A stretch of DNA of 64,000 nucleotides, taken from a virus. Position numbers and translations under genes: made by a program. The stretch lies in the IMG/VR virus record IMGVR_UViG_3300025137_000016. One strand, written 5' to 3'. Shown one piece after another: positions 48,463 through 58,099 of the stretch (positions are counted from its first letter, which is position 1; each line of letters begins with the position of its first letter). The notes beneath the pieces were generated by a model. It had not been told where the DNA came from and searched no databases. It was given only the letters and a program-made list of their open reading frames with translations.

Positions 48463-50478
48463 ATGTCAACTATAATCAAAGTAAAACGATCGGAGACCTC
48501 TAGCAGTGTACCAAGTACATCGGATTTAGCTGTTGGAGAAATAGCAGTAAATACTGCTGATAAAAAGATTTATGTTCGTGCTGCTGCAGGTGTAGTTGAA
48601 GTCGCTAATAATTCCGCATCTGGTGCTGGTGATATTACAGATGTATTAACAGCAAGTGGATCTGCTCTAACAGGTGGAACAACTTCTGGTTCAGCAAACT
48701 TAGCAGTATCAGTTGACGATTCGTCAATACAAATCTCAGGAAACAATTTACAAGTAAAAGCATCAGGTATCACTAATGGTATGCTGGCGAATAGTAGTGC
48801 TACACTTAATTCACAAACACTTACTCTAGGCAGTTCTCTAACATTAGATACAGATAATATTGGTGAGGGTTCAAACCTTTACTTTACAAATGAAAGAGCA
48901 GATGATAGAATCGCTACTCTAATCTCTAATGGAACAGGACTAACTTGGACATATGATGATACTGCTGGTTCATTAACTGGAGCTGTTTCTTTATCAGGTT
49001 TCAATACTGGTAATTTACCAGAGGGTGCTCAGCTTTATTATACTACTACAAGAGCAAATACTGATATAGATGCTAGAGTTAATAAAACTTTCGTAGATAA
49101 TTTAAGTGTAGTTGCTGCAAGTGCAGGTACTGCTACTTCACTAGCAAGTGGACAAAATTTTTCAATTACTGGCGATGTCCTAGCAAGTGCCATTTCTTTT
49201 GATGGTTCAGGTGCAGTGACTCTTAATGCTAACATTGCAGCCAATACTATTTCCCCAACAGAATTAAATGTCACAGATGCTGCAGGTGCATTACAATCTG
49301 ATGGAGCAGGTAATTTATCATTCGCTCCAGCTACTGCATCATTCGCAGCAATAGGTGAACATGTATTACCATCAGCTGACGATACTTACGATCTTGGATC
49401 AGCTGATAAAAAATGGAGAAACTTATATGTTGGTGGAAATACAATATTTTTAGATGACGCAAAAATTATGAAAGACTCAGCCACTAATCAATTAATGATG
49501 AATGCTGGTGTCACTAATTCTATTGCGTCTATAACTATTACGAATGCTGGGGCTGGTTATTTAGAACAACCAACTATAACTTTTCCCAATCCAGATAATT
49601 CTGGTGTAGATACTATCGTTATGACTGACGCAGGTGGTGGTTATACTTCTGCCCCAGTTGTCACCATTGACGCACCAAGTAAAACTCCTTCTGTACAAGC
49701 AACAGCAACAGCTAACATGACAGACGATGGTACAGGAAATAATACATTCGCAGTTGCTAGTATCACAATCACTGCTGGTGGATCAGGTTATCCGACTGCA
49801 CCAAATGTATCAATAGCTGCAACTCCAAACGCAGGAAGTGGTGCTGTTCAAGCAACTGGTACCACTACAATATCAACATCAACAAATGGTGGTAAGATTG
49901 CAGCTGCATTTTCTACTATTAATGTGGGTACTGGAGAAATTACAGCAATAACTTTATCATCTGCTGGGGCTGGATATACTAGTCTACCAACCATTACAGT
50001 TGAAAGTCCGAATAAAGATATAACATTTAATAGTACTGTATATAATGATTATGCTTCAGGAAATAATTATTATACATTTTCAGGTGGTATAAATGAACAG
50101 CTAGATATTATACAAGGTCAAACTTATACATTTGATTTATCTTCTTCTACGCATGCTACGCATCTATTTGCTTTAAGTGGTACTGCCGATGGTACACATG
50201 GTGGAGGAACAAAATATACATCAGGTGTGACATACACTGGTACGCAAGGAACGACTGGTGCGAAAATGGTATTAGTTGTTGACGCAAATACACCAACAAC
50301 TCTATATCCGTACTGTGAAACACACTCAGGTATGGGGGGAAGTGGATCCTTTACCAAGCTGGCAAGTGGAACAACTGGGGTATTGACTCCTGTTCTAGCT
50401 AGTTATGATGACCAATTAGACCAAAAATTCGCTATGCAACCCTTCTCGATAGCAATGAGTATCGCACTAGGAGCATAA
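48463..50478 (+). CDS. Tail fibre protein with a cupredoxin-like motif, ending IAMSIALGA
   Basis: VKRS...P...L..GEIA.N; YDLGS..KWR; G.GY..P repeats; YC..H.GM. Confidence 0.85.
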   Translation: MSTIIKVKRSETSSSVPSTSDLAVGEIAVNTADKKIYVRAAAGVVEVANNSASGAGDITDVLTASGSALTGGTTSGSANLAVSVDDSSIQISGNNLQVKASGITNGMLANSSATLNSQTLTLGSSLTLDTDNIGEGSNLYFTNERADDRIATLISNGTGLTWTYDDTAGSLTGAVSLSGFNTGNLPEGAQLYYTTTRANTDIDARVNKTFVDNLSVVAASAGTATSLASGQNFSITGDVLASAISFDGSGAVTLNANIAANTISPTELNVTDAAGALQSDGAGNLSFAPATASFAAIGEHVLPSADDTYDLGSADKKWRNLYVGGNTIFLDDAKIMKDSATNQLMMNAGVTNSIASITITNAGAGYLEQPTITFPNPDNSGVDTIVMTDAGGGYTSAPVVTIDAPSKTPSVQATATANMTDDGTGNNTFAVASITITAGGSGYPTAPNVSIAATPNAGSGAVQATGTTTISTSTNGGKIAAAFSTINVGTGEITAITLSSAGAGYTSLPTITVESPNKDITFNSTVYNDYASGNNYYTFSGGINEQLDIIQGQTYTFDLSSSTHATHLFALSGTADGTHGGGTKYTSGVTYTGTQGTTGAKMVLVVDANTPTTLYPYCETHSGMGGSGSFTKLASGTTGVLTPVLASYDDQLDQKFAMQPFSIAMSIALGA

Positions 50479-50483
50479 AAAGG

Positions 50484-50492
50484 AACTAAATA
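50484..50492 (+). promoter_or_regulatory. Late promoter AACTAAATA, predicted leaderless for gp13
   Basis: Motif ends 5 nt before the ATG at 50498. Confidence 0.72.
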
Positions 50493-50497
50493 GTAGT

Positions 50498-51469
50498 ATG
50501 GCAAATCCAAATACCAGAGAACAATTAAAAGATTATTCATTAAGATCACTTGGTTCGCCTGTGATCGAAATCAATGTAGCTGAAGAACAGCTGGAAGATC
50601 GTTTAGATGAAGCGATTGAATACTTTAATATTAATCACTGGAATGGTACCGAACGAGCTTACTTTCAACATGTAATTACAGGCTCTACAATAACACTAAC
50701 TGCTGCAGTCGCAGGAAACTTTGAGATTGGTGAAGTTGTTGAAGGAAGTGTTTCAGGATGTAGAATATCTGTTCATAGAAGTTCTAAAGATTCAAGTATA
50801 GTCTACCAACAAATTAATAATAAAACTGCAACTAGACAAGGATTTACTAATGGGGAAACTCTTACAGGTGAATCTTCTGGAACAACAGCTGTAATTCAAA
50901 GTGTTACAAAAGGTGATACAGAAAATGGATATGTTCCTGTTGGTGATGAAATATTTGGAGTAAACAAAGTATTCACAGTATTTTCTAACACTACTGATTC
51001 TAGAAATATATTCGACTTACAATATCAATTAAGATTAAATGATTTATACGACTTAACTTCTACAAGTATAGTTTATTATACTACTGTGATGGGTCACCTA
51101 TCATTGCTTGATATGATGTTAAATGGTAAAACTCTATATCGCTTTAATAGAATGCACAATAAATTATTCCTTGACTTAGATTGGCGAGGAGATGTACAGA
51201 TTGGCGATTTTGTAATGGCAGATGTTTATAAAGCATTAGATAGTACAGAATATCCAAAAGTATTTGGCGAGCCATGGTTGAAAAAATATACTACTGCTCT
51301 GTTCAAGAAACAGTGGGGACTTAATCTTAAAAAGTTTTCGGGACTAGTATTGCCTGGAGGAGTTTCAATGGATGGCGATGGTATATATAACGAAGCCATG
51401 AACGAACTACAAGCACTAGAAGACGAACTCGTAGGAAAAGGTGCACCATTAGAGTTCTTTACAGGGTAA
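50498..51469 (+). CDS. gp13: Neck protein
   Basis: R..LKDY.LR.LG.PVIEINV..EQ..DR, WLKKY.TA..K.QWG.NL.KF...LPGG. Confidence 0.96.
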   Translation: MANPNTREQLKDYSLRSLGSPVIEINVAEEQLEDRLDEAIEYFNINHWNGTERAYFQHVITGSTITLTAAVAGNFEIGEVVEGSVSGCRISVHRSSKDSSIVYQQINNKTATRQGFTNGETLTGESSGTTAVIQSVTKGDTENGYVPVGDEIFGVNKVFTVFSNTTDSRNIFDLQYQLRLNDLYDLTSTSIVYYTTVMGHLSLLDMMLNGKTLYRFNRMHNKLFLDLDWRGDVQIGDFVMADVYKALDSTEYPKVFGEPWLKKYTTALFKKQWGLNLKKFSGLVLPGGVSMDGDGIYNEAMNELQALEDELVGKGAPLEFFTG

Positions 51470-51473
51470 TTAA

Positions 51474-52403
51474 ATGGCTGGAAGAAATACTTACATATCT
51501 CAAGGGGTCACCTCTGAACAAAATTTAATAGAGTCTTTAATAATAGAGTCCCTAGCAATTTATGGTCAGAATGTTTTTTATATTCCTAGAACGCAAGTCG
51601 CCAAAGATGAAATTTTAGGCGAAGATCCATTATCAAAATTTGAACAAGCATTTCCTATTGAGATGTATTTTGAAAATGTAGATAACTTAGGAGGACAAGG
51701 TCCATTCATTCAAAAGTTTGGTTTGTTTAACGAGTTAAGTGCTACTCTAGTTTGTGCTAGAGCAAGGTGGACAGAATTAGTTGGTACGCATGGTAATACC
51801 TTTGTGCCTAATAGACCCAACGAAGGAGATTTAATTTACTTCCCTCTTACAAAAGGTTTATTTGAAATTAAATTTGTACAGCATCAAGATCCTTTTTATC
51901 AATTAGGAAAACTGTACACATATAAAATGGAAGTAGAATTATTTCAATATGCTTCTGAAAGACTTAATACTGGAGTTGCCGAGATTGATCAATTTGAAGA
52001 ACTTAAAACTTTCTCTTCTGATCCAACAGTCACTGAAGCTATGTTTGTTGATAGTATAACATTCTCAAATGTCGGAGCAGGATATACTTCAGCACCAACA
52101 TTAACATTTACAGGTGGTACACCTAGCACTGTTGCTACTGCTACTTGTACTATTAATGCAACGACAGGTAAAGTCAATGGTGTTAATATTACCAATGTAG
52201 GAAATGGATATAATGCTGTTCCTACTATAACTATTTCAGCTCCTCCTAGTGGGGGAACGCAAGCAGTTGCAGTTGCTACCATTAAACTTAATGTAGATAA
52301 ACAAGGTGGCTATGCTGACAACTTAGATCTTGAAACTGAAAGACAACCAAGTACGAATGAAAAAGTTGCTTGGTCTGAAAACAATCCATTTGGAGAATTC
52401 TAA
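51474..52403 (+). CDS. gp14: Neck protein
   Basis: EQ.L.E.L..E....YG....Y.PR, KFG, RPNEGDLIYFP, ELFQY..E, E.NPFG. Confidence 0.96.
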   Translation: MAGRNTYISQGVTSEQNLIESLIIESLAIYGQNVFYIPRTQVAKDEILGEDPLSKFEQAFPIEMYFENVDNLGGQGPFIQKFGLFNELSATLVCARARWTELVGTHGNTFVPNRPNEGDLIYFPLTKGLFEIKFVQHQDPFYQLGKLYTYKMEVELFQYASERLNTGVAEIDQFEELKTFSSDPTVTEAMFVDSITFSNVGAGYTSAPTLTFTGGTPSTVATATCTINATTGKVNGVNITNVGNGYNAVPTITISAPPSGGTQAVAVATIKLNVDKQGGYADNLDLETERQPSTNEKVAWSENNPFGEF

Positions 52404-52406
52404 GTT

Positions 52407-53156
52407 ATGCTAGGCAAGAATCCATTCTATCACCAGACAGTAAGAAACTGTATCATAGGTTTTGGAAAAATGTTTTCAGATGTAGAGTTTGAAAGATTAG
52501 ACAATAACGATAATGCTGTACAAAAAATACTAGTACCAATCGCTTATGGTCCAAAAGAAAAATGGGTGCAAAGATTAGAGCAAGATCCTACTTTAGAAAA
52601 TCAAGTATACACTACTCTTCCTCGTATGTCATTTGAAATGGCTGCACTATCATACGATCCTCTTAGAAAAACTAATAGGATGGGAACAGTTAAAGTAAAT
52701 AGAACATCACTTAGTGGTGGGTCTGGTAAAAGGGATAAACTATTTGCTCCTGTACCATTTAACTTAGATATGCAATTAAATTGTTTAACTAAAACTACTG
52801 AAGATGGTTTACAAATTATAGAGCAAATACTTCCATTTTTTACACCAGAATTTACAATGAGAATTAAAAACACCAATACTACTATGGATACAGAAACTGA
52901 TGTTCCAATAATACTAAATAGTACCAGCTTCATAGATGATTTTGACGGAACTTTTGAGATTCGTAGATTCGTCACTTGGACGCTAAACTTCACATTGAAG
53001 GTATTATTATTTGGTGGAGTAGATCAAACTGGTTCTGTAATAACCAGTACATTTATAGATTTAGGAAATCCTGACGAACAACACAAAGCAACAGGTGACC
53101 TAAATAATTTAACAATAACTGATCTTGGCTGGAACGAAACCCAGAAAACAGATTAA
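52407..53156 (+). CDS. gp15: Tail sheath stabilizer / tail terminator
   Basis: FYH..R....FG..F, VPIAYGPKEK, LPRMSFE, QI.EQILPFF.P. Confidence 0.96.
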   Translation: MLGKNPFYHQTVRNCIIGFGKMFSDVEFERLDNNDNAVQKILVPIAYGPKEKWVQRLEQDPTLENQVYTTLPRMSFEMAALSYDPLRKTNRMGTVKVNRTSLSGGSGKRDKLFAPVPFNLDMQLNCLTKTTEDGLQIIEQILPFFTPEFTMRIKNTNTTMDTETDVPIILNSTSFIDDFDGTFEIRRFVTWTLNFTLKVLLFGGVDQTGSVITSTFIDLGNPDEQHKATGDLNNLTITDLGWNETQKTD

Positions 53157-53172
53157 CAGGAGATTATAATTA

Positions 53173-54066
53173 ATGGCTAAACAAACTTTAAACATTGGCT
53201 CGGTTGCCAACGATGGTACAGGCGATACCTTAAGAGATGGTGGAGATAAAATCCAGGATAACTTTAATGAGTTATACACAGCTCTTGGTGGAAACACTGT
53301 AAAAGTAGCTGTTGGTTCTCCAACTAATGGTCAAATATTAAAATATAATTCAAGTACAAGTGTATTCGAACCATCTTCTGATGATAACACTAATACTACT
53401 TATACTGTATCCGCAGAAACTTCTGGTTCCGATGCTGCAATTAGATTAACTGGTTCCGATGCTTCTACTGATAATGTAAATATTGTATCTGGTACTGGTA
53501 TTAATGTTGACAGAACTGATGCTAATAATATTACAGTAAACAATACAGTCACAAATACAACCTATTCAACCTCTATCGAATCTGTCTCAGCTGGATCTAA
53601 AGAATTAAGACTAGCTGGTTCAAACTCAGTAAACGATGATATTACTATTACTCAGGGATCTGGAATTGAACTTACAACTTCTTCTACTTCTCAATTAGGT
53701 ATTAACGCAGTATCATTACAACAATTTGAATTTACTGCAGGTGATGGAACAAACTATACTGTATCAGGCTCAGGACTTGTTGATGCTGGTACTAGTGATC
53801 CTCAACTTTATGTTATGAGAGGTCATACCTATCGTTTCAGACATACTATTGCTGGAAACGCACACCCACTTGAAATTGTAGAATTTGGAACTAGTACTGC
53901 ACCTGCTGCAGATTATATTAGTTCAACGAATGCTACAAGAAATCTTGCTACGACAAATGATGTAATAACATTCACTGTTCCGATGAGTGCTTCTACTGGT
54001 AATACTTACCAATATAGATGTACAGCACATCCTGCAGCGATGTTGGGTACTATTACTGTCGTATAA
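53173..54066 (+). CDS. Fibre connector with gp9/gp10-type N-terminus and cupredoxin-like C-terminus
   Basis: KQ.LNIG..ANDGTGD.LR.GG.KI..NF.ELY; HPL...Y.CTAH..AM.G.I.V. Confidence 0.8.
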   Translation: MAKQTLNIGSVANDGTGDTLRDGGDKIQDNFNELYTALGGNTVKVAVGSPTNGQILKYNSSTSVFEPSSDDNTNTTYTVSAETSGSDAAIRLTGSDASTDNVNIVSGTGINVDRTDANNITVNNTVTNTTYSTSIESVSAGSKELRLAGSNSVNDDITITQGSGIELTTSSTSQLGINAVSLQQFEFTAGDGTNYTVSGSGLVDAGTSDPQLYVMRGHTYRFRHTIAGNAHPLEIVEFGTSTAPAADYISSTNATRNLATTNDVITFTVPMSASTGNTYQYRCTAHPAAMLGTITVV

Positions 54067-54090
54067 TATCTACTCCTAAAAGGAGGATAC

Positions 54091-55680
54091 ATGGCATCGA
54101 CTTATTATAATGCAAATCAAAATTTAAAAGCTGTTGGAGTTCCTGTAGAATTTACAGAGGAACAAATCCAAGAGTATATTAAATGTAAACGCAACCCAAT
54201 ATATTTCATAGAAAATTACTGTAAGATAGTTTCTTTAGATGATGGTGTAGTACCTTTTAAACTATACCAATGCCAAAGAAAAAAGGTACGACACATAATG
54301 AAGAATCGTCAAACGATTCTTATGGAAGGTAGACAGCAAGGTAAAACTGTCACAAGTGCTGCTTGTATTTTACACTTTACATTATTTAATGATAATAAGA
54401 CTGCTGCAATCATGGCAAACAAAGCTACTGCTGCAAGAGAAGTTTTATCTAGATATCAATTAATGTATGAGTATTTACCAAACTGGATGCAACAAGGTGT
54501 TGCTGTTTGGAATAAAGGTGATATAGAATTAGAAAATGGTTCAAAGATTTTTACTGCTGCAACTTCAAGTTCAGCGATTCGTGGTAAATCTGTTAACTGG
54601 CTATACATTGATGAAGCTGCAATTATTCCTAATACTGTAGCAGAAGAATTTTTTACATCAGTATATCCTACAATTTCTGCTGGTAAAGAAACAAAAGTAT
54701 TACTGTCCTCGACACCTCTTGGATATAATCACTTCTGGAGATACTGGGAAGCTGCAAAAGAAGGGCGAAATGATTTTAAGCACCTCTTTATTCATTACAG
54801 TGAGATCCCAGGAAGAACTAAAACTTGGGCAGAGAAACAAAGAGCTTTACTTGGTGAATTAAAATTTAATCAAGAAGTGCTGTGTGAATTTTTAGGATCA
54901 AGTGCAACATTAATAAGTGCTACTGCGATTGGGGATATGAAACCCAAACCATTTATATTACAAAGAGATGGTTTAGATATTCAGGAAAGTCCGATTCCTG
55001 GACATTCATATACTCTTATAGCAGATACTTCTAAAGGTGTGGGTGGTGATTATAGTGCATTCGTTGTAATTGATACCACTAAAACTCCTTATAAAATTGT
55101 TGCTAAATATAGAAACAATGTAATTAGTCCCTTACTATACCCAAACATAATTGATAAAGTTGGTAAGGAATATTACAACGCACAAGTTTTAATAGAAACT
55201 AATGCAAGTGAACAAGTACCATATATATTGCATAGTGAATTAGAATATGAAAATATGATTATGGTGTCTCGTACACAACAAGGTCAAAAAATTACTGGTG
55301 GCTTTGGAGCTGGCAAAAGCCAGTATGGAGTACAGACTGATAAGAAGATAAAAAGGATTGGGTGCCAAAACTTTAAAACTCTTATAGAAGAAGGCAAGCT
55401 ACAAGTATATGATGGAGACATAATTGGGGAAATTAGTACCTTTATTGAATCCAGAGGATCTTATGCTGCTGACGATGGTTATCATGACGACTTGGTTATG
55501 TGCCTAGTCTTATTTGGTTGGCTTACATCAGACCGATATTTTACTGAAATAAACGATGTAAATTTAAGGGAAGAGATGTACCAAAACCAGATGAAACAAA
55601 TAGAGGAGGAATTAACTCCCTTTGGTTTCATTAATGATGGGCAAAAATACGATGATGAAGACACACCAATAAACTTCTAA
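54091..55680 (+). CDS. gp17: Terminase large subunit
   Basis: Walker A GRQQGKT, Walker B LYIDEAA, SSTP.G.NHF, nuclease HDDLVM. Confidence 0.98.
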   Translation: MASTYYNANQNLKAVGVPVEFTEEQIQEYIKCKRNPIYFIENYCKIVSLDDGVVPFKLYQCQRKKVRHIMKNRQTILMEGRQQGKTVTSAACILHFTLFNDNKTAAIMANKATAAREVLSRYQLMYEYLPNWMQQGVAVWNKGDIELENGSKIFTAATSSSAIRGKSVNWLYIDEAAIIPNTVAEEFFTSVYPTISAGKETKVLLSSTPLGYNHFWRYWEAAKEGRNDFKHLFIHYSEIPGRTKTWAEKQRALLGELKFNQEVLCEFLGSSATLISATAIGDMKPKPFILQRDGLDIQESPIPGHSYTLIADTSKGVGGDYSAFVVIDTTKTPYKIVAKYRNNVISPLLYPNIIDKVGKEYYNAQVLIETNASEQVPYILHSELEYENMIMVSRTQQGQKITGGFGAGKSQYGVQTDKKIKRIGCQNFKTLIEEGKLQVYDGDIIGEISTFIESRGSYAADDGYHDDLVMCLVLFGWLTSDRYFTEINDVNLREEMYQNQMKQIEEELTPFGFINDGQKYDDEDTPINF

Positions 55681-55690
55681 ATTGTATATT

Positions 55691-55752
55691 AACTAAATAA
55701 ATACATTGGGAATAAAGCGAAAGCCAAGTTCCTAATTAGAATTAACGAATTC
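55691..55752 (+). promoter_or_regulatory. Late promoter plus structured leader of gene 18
   Basis: CTAAATA at 55693-55699; hairpins at 55705-55736 and 55739-55752. Confidence 0.65.
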
Positions 55753-55771
55753 ATGTAATAAGGAGAAACAA

Positions 55772-57457
55772 ATGGCTTTTCAACTCAGTCCTGGAGTAGT
55801 TGTCAAAGAACAAGATTTCACTTCAATAGTACCTAATGTGGCAACATCATCGGGAGCTTTTGCAGGTGACTTTCAGTGGGGTCCAATATTAGACCCTGTA
55901 CAAATTGTTTCTGAGAATAACTTAGTAGAAAGATTCGGGAAACCGAACGACGCAACTTTTGCAAGTTTTTTCACTGCAGCTAACTTCCTATCATATTCCA
56001 ATAATCTTCTTGTGGTTCGTGCCGATACAACTGCTGCTAAAAATGCAGTCGTGACTGGTACAGCTGTCAAGATTACCAACTTGGATAACTACACATCAAC
56101 TTATGTTGGTGGATCAAACTCAGTCGGATCTTTCGCTGCCAAATGGGCAGGATCTCTCGGAAACTCACTAAAAGTAGAAGTTGCTGATTCAGCAACATAC
56201 GCATCATGGGGAAATAAAGGTTTATTCGATAGAATACCTGGAACTTCTGCATCAGTTGCTGCTAATGGTAGTTCCGATGACGAAATCCACGTGTTAGTAA
56301 TAGACGAAGATGGTTTATTTACTGGTACAGCTGGTACAGTGCTAGAAAAATTCGCACATGTATCTGTGGCGTCTGACGCAAAAAAATTCGATGGATCTAA
56401 TAATTTCTATAAAGATGTTATTAATTCACAATCTAGATATATCTGGTGGATGGATCATCCTACAACAACTGGTACTACATTAGAATGGGGAACTCCTTCT
56501 ACTGGTGCTGGTGCCTTTAAAGATCTCAGTGCTGCATTAGCACATTCTTTAACAGGTGGTGTAGATACTGCTCCAACTGCAGGCAACTTACAAACTGCTA
56601 TGGCAACCTTTGCTAATGATGAGCTGTATGATGTTTCACTCATAATGATGGGTAAAGCTGATGCTGCTACTGCTACTGCTGCAATTAATAATGTTGCTGA
56701 AGTAAGAAAAGATTGTATGGTATTCTGTTCAGCTGAAGATGCTAGTGGAAACACAATCTTGGCTGCTGATGCAGACCCTGTTGCAGATATCACAACATAC
56801 AGAAACTCACTACCAAGTTCATCTTATGGTGTACTTGATTGTGGTGCAAAATACTGTTATGACAGATATAACGATAAATATAGATATGTACCATTAAATG
56901 GTGACATAGCTGGTCTTGCTGCAAGAACTGACTATGACCAAGATGCTTGGTTCTCACCAGCAGGTGCTTCTAGAGGTCAAATCAAGAATGTTGTTAAATT
57001 AGCATTCTCTCCAAATAAAACTCAAAGGGATGTATTATACCAAGCTGGTGTAAATCCTGTTGTGACTTTCCCAGGACAAGGTACACAACTGTTTGGTGAT
57101 AAGACTCTATTAAGTAGCGAATCTGCTTTCAATAGAATTAATGTTAGAAGATTATTTATCGTACTAGAAAAAGCAATTGCGATTGCTGCAAAAGCTCAAC
57201 TATTTGAATTCAACGATGAGTTCACTAGAAATGACTTTAAAAATGCAGTCAATCCTTTCTTAAGAGATGTACAAGGAAGACGTGGTATCACAGAATTTAG
57301 TGTTGTGTGTGACCCAACTAACAATACAGGTGATGTAATTGATAGAAACGAATTCCGTGCAGATATCTTCATTAAACCAAACAGAGCGATCAACTTCATT
57401 ACTCTAACATTTGTAGCAAGTAAATCAAGTGTAGACTTCAGTGAAATTGGTGGCTAA
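55772..57457 (+). CDS. gp18: Tail sheath protein
   Basis: SPGVVVKE.D, F.WGP, WFSPAG..RG, GDKT, F.RINVRRLF, IKP.R.INFI. Confidence 0.98.
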   Translation: MAFQLSPGVVVKEQDFTSIVPNVATSSGAFAGDFQWGPILDPVQIVSENNLVERFGKPNDATFASFFTAANFLSYSNNLLVVRADTTAAKNAVVTGTAVKITNLDNYTSTYVGGSNSVGSFAAKWAGSLGNSLKVEVADSATYASWGNKGLFDRIPGTSASVAANGSSDDEIHVLVIDEDGLFTGTAGTVLEKFAHVSVASDAKKFDGSNNFYKDVINSQSRYIWWMDHPTTTGTTLEWGTPSTGAGAFKDLSAALAHSLTGGVDTAPTAGNLQTAMATFANDELYDVSLIMMGKADAATATAAINNVAEVRKDCMVFCSAEDASGNTILAADADPVADITTYRNSLPSSSYGVLDCGAKYCYDRYNDKYRYVPLNGDIAGLAARTDYDQDAWFSPAGASRGQIKNVVKLAFSPNKTQRDVLYQAGVNPVVTFPGQGTQLFGDKTLLSSESAFNRINVRRLFIVLEKAIAIAAKAQLFEFNDEFTRNDFKNAVNPFLRDVQGRRGITEFSVVCDPTNNTGDVIDRNEFRADIFIKPNRAINFITLTFVASKSSVDFSEIGG

Positions 57458-57482
57458 ATATAACTAACAAGGAGAATAACTA

Positions 57483-58076
57483 ATGGCTAATATTGCTGAT
57501 TTTAAAGCTAACATGACTGGTGGCGGAGCTCGTCCCAATCAGTTTCGTGTTGATTTGGCTTTCCCTTCTTATGTCACTGGTGGAAGAGTTGCTGCTGTAC
57601 AAGGACAGTTTCTTTGCAAAGCTGCACAATTGCCAGCTAGTACATTAGAAAATTTGCCAATCCAATATAGAGGTCGTGCTGTAAACTTTGCTGCGGAGAG
57701 AACATTTGCTCCATGGACAGTGACAGTTTATAACGATACTGACTTCGGTATTAGAAACGCAATCGAAAGATGGCAGAATGGTATTCAAGAGTATGCTACG
57801 ACAGAAGGTCGTACTAATCCGAATGATTACCAAGCTGACTTGCTTGTAACACAACTAGACCGAAATGGTGCTGGAGTAAAACAATATAAATTTGTTGATG
57901 CTTTCCCACTATCTATTGGTATAGTTCAGTTGGACTACGATACAACAAATGCTATAGAAACATTTGATGTTGAATTCCAGTACAACTTCTTTACAAGTAA
58001 TACCAGCACAAGTGGTGGATTAGGAGTGAATATTTCAATCGATACTCCGATTGGCTCATTCCCTATCAATATTTAA
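57483..58076 (+). CDS. gp19: Tail tube protein
   Basis: GGARPN.F.V, F.CKAA.LP, R.F..WTVTV.ND, QLDR.G, IE.F.VEF.Y; late motif at 57454-57460. Confidence 0.97.
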   Translation: MANIADFKANMTGGGARPNQFRVDLAFPSYVTGGRVAAVQGQFLCKAAQLPASTLENLPIQYRGRAVNFAAERTFAPWTVTVYNDTDFGIRNAIERWQNGIQEYATTEGRTNPNDYQADLLVTQLDRNGAGVKQYKFVDAFPLSIGIVQLDYDTTNAIETFDVEFQYNFFTSNTSTSGGLGVNISIDTPIGSFPINI

Positions 58077-58099
58077 TTATTAATAAAGGTGAATAAATT

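Noticed and set aside
36554-50478. Diversity-generating retroelement or invertible fibre cassette
   Set aside because: No reverse transcriptase, invertase or adenine-specific template/variable repeat pair visible in this window
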